Source: a virus (Duplodnaviria > Caudoviricetes). Taken from it: a stretch of DNA of 24,245 nucleotides. Positions 18,201 through 24,245 of this stretch are shown piece by piece. Within the stretch, counting starts at the first letter, position 1. Each line of letters starts with the position of its first letter. The stretch lies in IMG/VR virus record IMGVR_UViG_3300008255_000463, positions 1 to 24,245 of that record, one strand, 5' to 3'. The translations under genes and the position numbers were made by a program. The notes under the pieces are model-generated. The model did not search any database. It had not been told where the DNA came from and saw only the letters and a list, made by a program, of their open reading frames with translations.

Positions 18201-19947
18201 TGCCGATGATTATGATTTGGAAGCTGGGACGTTTGACTTTGCCAAATCGGCCCGAGCCCTTGCTTCCGACCTCTCTTACAAAATCACCGGCAATCCCCGT
18301 CGTGCCGGTCAAATTGACATGCTGCCAGAATTGAAAGGCCCGATGAAGCGTAGGGTGCTGGACATCGACTATGCAGAGAAGCGGGCTTTTCTAGAACTGG
18401 ATACCGAAAAGGTGGCCGGGCGTTATATGCGTAGTGTCGGCTCCGACATCGAAGTCTATCGTGCGTTTGGCTCGGTAAACGAAATGACTACCGTGCGGGC
18501 GGCTGAAGAGGACATGGCCGAAATCGAGCGTATGCTGCGGACTCGGGAAGTGGATGAAGAGGGAGTTGCAATAACTCCCGAGCGCCGAGCCAGAGAAGTG
18601 CGCTCCCACGCTCGCATTGCTCCCGTCTTACTCAACAAACTTCAGCATACGTTTGATCGTATTCGAGGCTACGCCGGAATGCCTTCCGATCCTATGTCTA
18701 TGTGGTATCGCATCGGTCGCAGTGCAAGGAATTTGAATGTTCCGATTATGATGGGCTCGGCCATGGTGACGAGCATTCCCGATGTCGGACGCCCCGTTAT
18801 GACTCACGGACTGATGAATACATTCGGTCATGCGTGGAAGCCTCTTATCGCCGGGCTCGTGAACCCCGCACAAAGAGAGATAAACCGAACCACGATCCGA
18901 CAGTTAAATTATCTCAACGTCGGACTGGAAATGTTCACGCAGTCTCGGGCTCAGGGCGGTTTCGACTTTATGGCTGATGGCTTTGGATACACTAGGCTTG
19001 AACGAGGGATTGAATGGCTGGCGCAGAAGACCCCGCAGGTGGCCCTCTTCGGCGCATGGACTGACGCCAATAAAGTGATGGCCGGGATGGTGACTATGGC
19101 CCGGCTTATGACTGGGATAGAAGATGCTGCGACTGGACGACTCACCGCAGACTCCCTCGAGTTGCGCTACATGGCCGAGGTCGGAATTACACCGCAGCTT
19201 GCGGAGCGCATCGCCGCGCAGTATGATGCTCCGGGCGGCAGCACCATGGTGAACGGAACCCGCATTGCAACTCCAGATCAATGGACCGACTACGAGGCTC
19301 TTCGCGCGTTCGGTGCGGCCATGCACCGAGAGTCAAATCGCATCATCATTACTCCTGGTCTCGAGCGCCCGATGTGGATGGACCAAACAATCTTAGGTCA
19401 GGTAGTGGGGCAATTTCGCTCTTTCACCATGGCTTCGAATAGCAAAATCCTCATGTCGGGTTTGCAGAGTCGTGATATGGCTCTCTATAACTTCCTCACG
19501 GGCACGGTCTTTTCCCTTGCCATGGGAACAGTTTCATACTATATTTGGGCTAATACTGCAGGCGAGCGTCAACGACAAGAGATGCTCAATGCAAGTTGGG
19601 AAACGTGGCTCGATCAAGCAATTTACCGCAGCGGAGTTCTAGGAGCTTTGTCTATAGGGCAAGACATCGGATCAACCATCCCAGCGACAGCTCCTTATGT
19701 CTCGTTTAAAGGTGGAGCCCTTTCTGGTCGTCGGCCTACGAGTGTTCTAGGGGCTGTGACTGGTCCTTCTTACGGAACTGCCGAAACTATCGCAAGTGTA
19801 TTGCAGGGCCTGGACTCGCCTACGCAGAGCACGCTCTCTCAGGCTCGCAAACTAATCCCCTATCAAAACGTATTCTACCTGCGCCGCGCCCTGGACATGG
19901 TAGAAGAAGGGGTCGGCAATATGCTTGGCCTCCCGGAGCGCAGATAA
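15274..19947 (+). CDS. Large internal virion (ejection) protein, T7 gp16-like, 1557 aa
   Basis: GTGA overlap. Gly-rich hydrophobic N-terminal segments, long coiled coil, C-terminal 'GQFRSFTMA...KLIPYQNVFYLRRALD'; last gene before the tail fibre. Confidence 0.8.
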   Translation: MNERLRTAPYQIRPPVPEPSGVVETIGAAFRLENDVINAVSYARRGVYEADYSFDIAPLAAQSPLWADYADRLARAQSETEFRSIEARLMQETQDRQILAGAGWGGIVAGLGAGLLSPTMFIPMVGGARGVRGVAQAVTLAAGAATAAELPMIANQLTRTGAESAINIAAGTVLGGLLGGTAVWLRSADRARLARDLEPDAPQDVRAVIVRNGDGSVSRVGENVPLRLPAGTVRSPQAAAQMQQLQRGFAEVNQTIAAGDLPALRALVDSPNAQPLARELAQEILNRASPARVASMAAEAEGIPPEVITAFAEASRIPGPEGQAVMGQVAERVGPEQFARLQQMQGEAQGPVRSAQEVADEIRAEREAPLFTTREEADGPRVEDSTTGAKRREDQFTPMLRQVDPVTGESTYIPLIDPDDVVDPGGLANSNAVLRTLGRTSPIIAMIEQQGLALKSNYLRRVALQLSDSGLSMEGSRFGIAPAPGGTVEARVGMYEAYLGNALKFQYEAYHRYLGRADSFADNMMTRAQVLANRTPTGRLSFSEFKEQVADAMNTGDRSAIKEVSEVAANWRTEFFGKFNEAMLDATEGRGMKALYSISDDPDESYFTHVFSLDKISADREGFIQMVADHYQSAANAVASRRWQKLQQNVANDEEAAELLALDADGARLELDTVNDALEQLRQSRNPDPIVEQISRLYEQRRLLRDEEFDKQLANIEARLPDGKSVGPEDTAAAKRLASQSIREQYQELTDEIRKAEASLTPETLASRDAERRLRARKRNIERSFGRLEARQQELADRIAANDERNLAALERFETRVRTLDAQLGRIDDAKLDKELARLEAQFDKLLKQMEDGDARIQKLQERFGPIGSENEPTERLSIENARQAMRAQRADNALTRFGEAADYDREGARQALRDRLTASREYVNRVNSRRAATNERMRQRLENLDPQLAARRAEELRTRAEGRDDDFRDWLAKAGADDYDLEAGTFDFAKSARALASDLSYKITGNPRRAGQIDMLPELKGPMKRRVLDIDYAEKRAFLELDTEKVAGRYMRSVGSDIEVYRAFGSVNEMTTVRAAEEDMAEIERMLRTREVDEEGVAITPERRAREVRSHARIAPVLLNKLQHTFDRIRGYAGMPSDPMSMWYRIGRSARNLNVPIMMGSAMVTSIPDVGRPVMTHGLMNTFGHAWKPLIAGLVNPAQREINRTTIRQLNYLNVGLEMFTQSRAQGGFDFMADGFGYTRLERGIEWLAQKTPQVALFGAWTDANKVMAGMVTMARLMTGIEDAATGRLTADSLELRYMAEVGITPQLAERIAAQYDAPGGSTMVNGTRIATPDQWTDYEALRAFGAAMHRESNRIIITPGLERPMWMDQTILGQVVGQFRSFTMASNSKILMSGLQSRDMALYNFLTGTVFSLAMGTVSYYIWANTAGERQRQEMLNASWETWLDQAIYRSGVLGALSIGQDIGSTIPATAPYVSFKGGALSGRRPTSVLGAVTGPSYGTAETIASVLQGLDSPTQSTLSQARKLIPYQNVFYLRRALDMVEEGVGNMLGLPERR

Positions 19948-21308
19948 TGACAATCGCCAATGAATTAAGCAGCGTGACGTTTACGGGAAATGGGGCTACG
20001 ACAGTATTTCCCTTCACCTTCCTCATTCCTGCGGATACCATCCGGGTCTCGATTGTGGAGGGTGGCATTCCCGCTGTCTTGACGGAGGACCAATACACGG
20101 TATCGGGATTGGGTAATCCTGCGGGAGGTTCTGTCACCTACAATCCCTCGGGAACGCCCATCCCCAGCACAACGCGATTGGTAATCGAGCGCCGTGTTCC
20201 CTACACACAAACGTTGAGTATTGAAAACCAGCAGCGATTTTATGCTGACGTGATTATGAATGCACTCGATCGAGTTGTGATGCAGATACAGCAACTCAAG
20301 GCGCTTTCTGATCGAACTATCAGAACGGAGATAGGCTCGCCTGTTCTGCCTTTGCTTACCTTTGAAGGTGGCGATAGTGACAATAGAGCAATCCTCTTCG
20401 GGCCTGATAGTGAGAGCCTCGTGCTTGGTCCCACCGCATCGGAGATTGCCGGGGCACAAGCGGTAGCAAATGATGCAGAAAACTCGGCTGTGGCTGCCGC
20501 TGCTAGTGCCGATGAAGCCGCTGCGTCAGCCGCATCTCTCAATGCTGCTAATCTTCTTACAAAGACCGGAAATCTTGCTGGTCTTGCAGATACTAATGTG
20601 GCACAGACTAACTTGGGCATTACTGAAGCGGGGAGGAATTTTCTGGACGATGCAAACGCGGCAGAACAGCGCGCCACTCTCGGCCTCCTGACAGCCGCAC
20701 AGCGCAACGCCGCTGGCGCCGTGGCTGCGAACACGGCGCTACCGGACAACAATGCGGTGATCGCCTATGTAGCTGCTCAGATTACAGCGCAGACAGGCTT
20801 CGTTCTGTCCGTCGCCAGCGACGATGCTTCTATCGAGTGGACATGGACTGGGACGCCCGCCGCTGTCGAAATCAACCTCGACAAGATACTTCCCGCAACA
20901 GACGGCGCAATCCTTGAAATGGAATTTTCGACGGACGGTGGAGCAACTTGGAAAACAGGCGCGTCGGATTATCAGTGGTTTGCGGGCGGAGTTGTTTTTG
21001 GGTCCACCAATACATCTACCGATCAAAACGATGCCGACAACGCCATTCGTGTGGCTGCTGGGGCGGGGAACGCGGCTGGCGAGCTTGGGGTATCTGGCAA
21101 CCTTACTATTCACAATCCAGCAAACGGTGCCCTTACAACTGTTCAAGGCACCACAATCGGTAAAGGTGTAACAGGCGCTCATGTGTTTTTCGGCATCAAC
21201 GGAACCTATCTCAGCACAGATACAGTGAATGGTGCTCGAATCAAGTTTACCAGCGGCAACATCACCAGCGGAACCGCAGGCATTCGCATAGTCCCGGAGG
21301 CTTCATAA
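19947..21308 (+). CDS. Tail fibre protein, 453 aa
   Basis: T7 gp17-like N-terminal anchor (SVTFTGNGATTVFPFTF...ALDRVVMQIQQL), Ala-rich coil, fibre repeats (NLAGLADTNVAQTNLG; FLDDANAAEQRATLGL), beta-rich C-terminal domain. Confidence 0.88.
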   Translation: MTIANELSSVTFTGNGATTVFPFTFLIPADTIRVSIVEGGIPAVLTEDQYTVSGLGNPAGGSVTYNPSGTPIPSTTRLVIERRVPYTQTLSIENQQRFYADVIMNALDRVVMQIQQLKALSDRTIRTEIGSPVLPLLTFEGGDSDNRAILFGPDSESLVLGPTASEIAGAQAVANDAENSAVAAAASADEAAASAASLNAANLLTKTGNLAGLADTNVAQTNLGITEAGRNFLDDANAAEQRATLGLLTAAQRNAAGAVAANTALPDNNAVIAYVAAQITAQTGFVLSVASDDASIEWTWTGTPAAVEINLDKILPATDGAILEMEFSTDGGATWKTGASDYQWFAGGVVFGSTNTSTDQNDADNAIRVAAGAGNAAGELGVSGNLTIHNPANGALTTVQGTTIGKGVTGAHVFFGINGTYLSTDTVNGARIKFTSGNITSGTAGIRIVPEAS

Positions 21309-21700
21309 TGGCGACCAAACTTGTCAACGGCGTTGCGGTTGAGCTGACCGCAGGGGAAATCACGGCGCGCGAGGCGGAAGAGGCGGCTTGGGAAGCGTCC
21401 CGGCTGACTGAGGCCCGCGCCAATGCCACGCTGGACCGCTTCGAGTTCCTGAACCGGGCGGTTGCGGCAGGCCACATCGCGGCGGCGGCTGTTCTGGCCA
21501 TGAGCACCAGCGGCATTATCCCGGCGGCGGTGGAAGCCATCATCGACGCGCAGCCGGTAACGGATGCGGAGAAAGCCCTGTTGCGTCTGGACGTTCTGCA
21601 ACGACCCGAGTTCAAGCGCAACGGGGCGCTGATGCCCGCGATTGCCGCTTCCTTCGAGACCGATGCAGCGGGGCTTGATGCCTTGTTCGGGATCGCCTGA
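21308..21700 (+). CDS. Putative tail fibre-associated/assembly protein, 130 aa
   Basis: TAATG-coupled to the fibre gene. 'KLVNGVAVELTAGEITAREAEEAAW' N-terminus and 'LDALF' C-terminus resemble fibre-associated proteins. Confidence 0.6.
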   Translation: MATKLVNGVAVELTAGEITAREAEEAAWEASRLTEARANATLDRFEFLNRAVAAGHIAAAAVLAMSTSGIIPAAVEAIIDAQPVTDAEKALLRLDVLQRPEFKRNGALMPAIAASFETDAAGLDALFGIA

Positions 21701-21942
21701 TGTTTCGCCGTCGCTCCACAACGCTCTGGCAGGAAGTCGGGTCATGCTTTTCGCGCCTTCTGAACGTGGTGGTGTTTCACGGCACAGCCGACCTGTCTAC
21801 TTCGGCCCGTGCCCATGCGGAAAACTGGCGCAGGTTGGAACGTTTCATTGACCGGCTTTTTCGAGAGCCAGGCCACTGCCGGAAGTGGTGGGACCAGGAG
21901 CGCCGCCGCGCGCAGGACATTGTGGATAGGGGAGAAGCGTGA
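21700..21942 (+). CDS. Hypothetical phage protein, 80 aa
   Basis: TGATG-coupled at both ends. 'SRLLNVVVFHG..DLSTSARAH...FIDRLF..PGHCRKWW' resembles small proteins often found between tail and lysis genes. Confidence 0.75.
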   Translation: MFRRRSTTLWQEVGSCFSRLLNVVVFHGTADLSTSARAHAENWRRLERFIDRLFREPGHCRKWWDQERRRAQDIVDRGEA

Positions 21943-22172
21943 TGCTCGAAACCCTGAAAGACTATTGGGCCGTGCTCGTTGCCTTTGTCGGTGCGCTCGG
22001 GTGGCTATGGAGATTGGAGGCGCGCGGCTTGTCGAATGAAAAGGAAATCCGCCGACTGTGGACGCAGCGTAAGGAAGACCTTGCCAGTGCCAAAGAAAGC
22101 CTGGATGCGACAAACAAAATGCTGACCGAAATCAGAACCGACATCAAGAAACTTCTCGGTAAAAGGGAATGA
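21942..22172 (+). CDS. Holin/antiholin-like membrane protein (one TM helix plus coiled coil), 76 aa
   Basis: TM segment YWAVLVAFVGALGWLW followed by a charged coiled coil; directly upstream of the endolysin. Alternative GTG start at 21939. Confidence 0.65.
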   Translation: MLETLKDYWAVLVAFVGALGWLWRLEARGLSNEKEIRRLWTQRKEDLASAKESLDATNKMLTEIRTDIKKLLGKRE

Positions 22173-22176
22173 GGCG

Positions 22177-23289
22177 ATGACCACAAACCATCTGGAATTG
22201 GCGCGATCATTCATCGGCCTTCAAGAGCGTCCCGGTGCAGCATCTGCGCCTGAAATTGATGCCATGTTCCGCGATGTCGGACACCCTCAATACAAGGACG
22301 ACACAGCGTGGTGCGCTGCTTTTGTCGGTGCCATGCTGGAGCGGTCGAACATTCGCAGCACTCGGAAGCTGACCGCGCGCTCCTATTCCACATGGGGCAC
22401 GGCTGTATCGGTGGCTGATATCCAGCCGGGCGATATCATTGTGACGCCGCGTGGTGATCCGAACGGCTGGCAGGGGCATGTCGAGATTGCGTCCGCGCGT
22501 CCGTCCGGTGGCCGCGTGATGTGCATCGGCGGGAATGAAAGCAATGCCGTCCGCGAACAACCGACGCCTCTCGCATCCATCATCGACGCCCGCCGCCCGC
22601 CGAACGCGGCCCGTGTTCCTGTGGCTGTTCGGGAGCGGCGCGCATCTGGAACAGACAGGTTCGCCACTTCACTTGCCCGAGCAAAGATCAGCGAAGGCGG
22701 CTACGTTAGCCATCCAGCGGATCGAGGCGGGCCGACAAACCACGGCATCACGCAGGCCACGCTGTCGGACTGGAGAGGTCACTCGGTCACCGCGCAGGAC
22801 GTGCAAGCCCTGACATGGGATGAGGCATCACGCATCTATCGCAAGAACTATTGGGACGCCGTGCGTGGCGACGAATTGCCAGCCGGATTGGATTATAAAG
22901 TCTTTGACATGGCGATTAATCATGGGGCGAAGCGCGCGATCACGATCTTGCAAGAGGCGCTTGAGATTGTTCCTGATGGGGTATTCGGCCCCGCTACCTT
23001 GCGCGCCGTCAATGCAATCCGCGACGACAACGCGGCTGTGATCCGAGAAATCAAGGACGCCGCCGACCGGCGCGAGGTATTTTATGCAGGGATCATCGCG
23101 CGCAATCCGTCGCAAGCTGTGTTTGAGCGAGGGTGGGCCAACCGAGGCGCACGGGTCGAGGCAGACGCCATTGCAGACGCGCAGGAATCCAGGCCTCCTG
23201 CCTCATCCGCGCCGCAACCCAAAGGCTTGGCGGCGGTAGTTTCTGCGCTGCTACGCGCAATTTTCGGCTCCAAAGGAGGACCAGCATGA
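22177..23289 (+). CDS. Modular endolysin: TIGR02594-like (NlpC/P60-CHAP) domain, GH108 lysozyme and PG_binding_3-like domain, 370 aa
   Basis: 'DDTAWCAAFVGAML...ARSY..WG...QGHV...IGGNES' (Cys/His), 'ISEGGYVSHPADRGGPTNHGIT' (GH108 EGGY motif), 'DGVFGPATL' and 'FERGWANR'. Confidence 0.92.
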   Translation: MTTNHLELARSFIGLQERPGAASAPEIDAMFRDVGHPQYKDDTAWCAAFVGAMLERSNIRSTRKLTARSYSTWGTAVSVADIQPGDIIVTPRGDPNGWQGHVEIASARPSGGRVMCIGGNESNAVREQPTPLASIIDARRPPNAARVPVAVRERRASGTDRFATSLARAKISEGGYVSHPADRGGPTNHGITQATLSDWRGHSVTAQDVQALTWDEASRIYRKNYWDAVRGDELPAGLDYKVFDMAINHGAKRAITILQEALEIVPDGVFGPATLRAVNAIRDDNAAVIREIKDAADRREVFYAGIIARNPSQAVFERGWANRGARVEADAIADAQESRPPASSAPQPKGLAAVVSALLRAIFGSKGGPA

Positions 23290-23465
23290 GTTACGCACCT
23301 GCGGCGCGAATATTCATCCGCTATGTCGTTGGCGGTATCATTGGCATGGAGAGCGCTGAGGCGCTGGCCGGAGATGCTGACGTGGTGTTCTACGCGGCCC
23401 TCTGCATTGGTGCTGCAGTCGAAGCCCTGTATGCCATTGCCAAGCGGAAGGGGTGGGCGACATGA
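23286..23465 (+). CDS. Putative small holin, 59 aa (MSYAPAARIFIRYVVGGIIG...AALCIGAAVEALYAIAKRKGWAT)
   Basis: SD AAAGGAGG and ATGA overlap with the endolysin stop. Two hydrophobic segments and a basic C-terminus. Confidence 0.7.
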   Translation: MSYAPAARIFIRYVVGGIIGMESAEALAGDADVVFYAALCIGAAVEALYAIAKRKGWAT

Positions 23466-23668
23466 CCCTCACTGAAATCATCATCGCCGCCTTCGCCGCC
23501 TGCATTGCCGCCATCGTAGGCCTGTTCAAGCTTTGGCGTAATGCCGACAACCGCCGCCGCGCTGAAACCCGCCGCGCAAACACTCACGAGGAGATGCGAG
23601 ATAATGAACGTGAAGCCTCACAACTGGATGATACGAGCCTTGCTGATCGCATCAGTCGCAAGCCTTAG
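23462..23668 (+). CDS. Rz: Putative inner-membrane spanin (Rz-like), 68 aa
   Basis: ATGA overlap. N-terminal TM (IIIAAFAACIAAIVGLF) plus a charged helical domain; overlaps the downstream lipoprotein gene. Confidence 0.7.
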   Translation: MTLTEIIIAAFAACIAAIVGLFKLWRNADNRRRAETRRANTHEEMRDNEREASQLDDTSLADRISRKP

Positions 23669-23813
23669 CGCCTGTGTGCCGGGGGACTTCTGCGACGTGG
23701 TTCGCGGCCCGCTTGAGTTTGCACCCGAAACGTCTGCGCAAATTGTGGCGACGGACAGGGATAAGGCGGAACAGATAGCCGCGCAGAACGATTATTGGAA
23801 CAACCGCTGCTAG
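23604..23813 (+). CDS. Rz1: Putative outer-membrane spanin lipoprotein (Rz1-like), 69 aa
   Basis: SD GAGGAG at 23588-23593. Signal peptide with lipobox LSA-C, two further Cys, overlapping the 3' end of the Rz-like gene in another frame. Alternative ATG at 23628. Confidence 0.75.
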   Translation: MNVKPHNWMIRALLIASVASLSACVPGDFCDVVRGPLEFAPETSAQIVATDRDKAEQIAAQNDYWNNRC

Positions 23814-23839
23814 CTGCAGCTAAATGAAGGAATGAGAAA

Positions 23840-24091
23840 ATGAGCACCTATGCTCCGCCGACCGTTGATGCCCCGGCAATCGGCTCGATTGCAATTACTC
23901 CGAGCAATAGCACTGTGTTCTCTCCCACAATCCGTAAGATCACTGTTACGGTAGGTGGGGTTGTGGCCTGGGTTAATGCGAACGGGGAAACTCAAATCAC
24001 AGGAGAACTCCTCGCCGGTGATTATCCCATGCTTGCCAGTCAAATTCTGGAAACGGGGACAACCGCAACTGTTACTACCGGCTGGCTGTAA
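23840..24091 (+). CDS. Head spike base protein, RcGTA Rcc01079-like, 83 aa
   Basis: Pattern 'PA....AITPSNST.....RKITVTVGGVVA....NGE........G.YPM...QILETGTTAT...GW' matches the Rcc01079 family as I recall it (A.TPSD...R.LYV...G.V......G....P.....V.ATGTTA); similar size. Confidence 0.75.
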   Translation: MSTYAPPTVDAPAIGSIAITPSNSTVFSPTIRKITVTVGGVVAWVNANGETQITGELLAGDYPMLASQILETGTTATVTTGWL

Positions 24092-24245
24092 TGAAAATCG
24101 GGATCGGGATCAGCACTACTTCGCAGAGTGGGATCTCTGCGGCTGCGGTTCAGCCCGTCCTCGACAGCGTGGCCTTAACGGATGGCGGTTCCGGCAACGG
24201 CACCATGACGCTCACGTTCGACGCGGGAGAAACGGAAAGCACACC
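24091..24245 (+). CDS. Putative head fibre/spike protein, N-terminus only (MKIGIGISTTSQSGISAAAVQPVLDSVALTDGGSGNGTMTLTFDAGETEST...)
   Basis: TAATG-coupled to the spike base gene and open to the window end. The alternating 'IGIGI' N-terminus resembles the 'LGLGL' anchor of RcGTA Rcc01080. Confidence 0.65.
   Translation, partial: MKIGIGISTTSQSGISAAAVQPVLDSVALTDGGSGNGTMTLTFDAGETEST

Noticed and set aside
19947-21942. Diversity-generating retroelement as in BPP-1
   Set aside because: No reverse transcriptase, no Avd-like gene and no TR/VR repeat pair differing at adenines seen in this window; the fibre tip does not look like Mtd.
1-24245. CRISPR arrays, tRNA/rRNA genes, integrase, IS elements, introns/inteins, stop-codon recoding
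   Set aside because: No repeat-spacer arrays or RNA gene signatures seen; TerL, portal and capsid are uninterrupted and of normal length; TAA, TGA and TAG all appear to act as stops.

Overview
The window is a continuous segment of a tailed dsDNA phage with a short-tail (podovirus) virion plan. The head genes resemble Bordetella BPP-1/APSE-type phages and the tail and ejection genes resemble T7. The host is probably an alphaproteobacterium (inferred from an RcGTA-like head-spike pair). Two small leftward genes at the left edge diverge from a ~380-bp C-rich non-coding control region (700-1080). A rightward, tightly coupled late operon of ~23 kb follows: putative TerS, a 30-aa membrane peptide, TerL, portal, Bbp19-like protein, scaffold, major capsid, Bbp16-like cement, adaptor, nozzle, gp13-like GNAT protein, three ejection proteins, tail fibre and chaperone, a lysis cassette (two holin candidates, two-catalytic-domain endolysin, Rz/Rz1) and a head spike base plus head fibre (truncated). 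The most notable points are the GTA-type head-spike module on a podovirus, an ejection protein carrying both an M15-like peptidase and a lambda-R-like lysozyme domain, an unannotated membrane micropeptide coupled between the terminase genes, and a structured divergent control region. All family assignments come from motif recognition and gene order; no database search was run.
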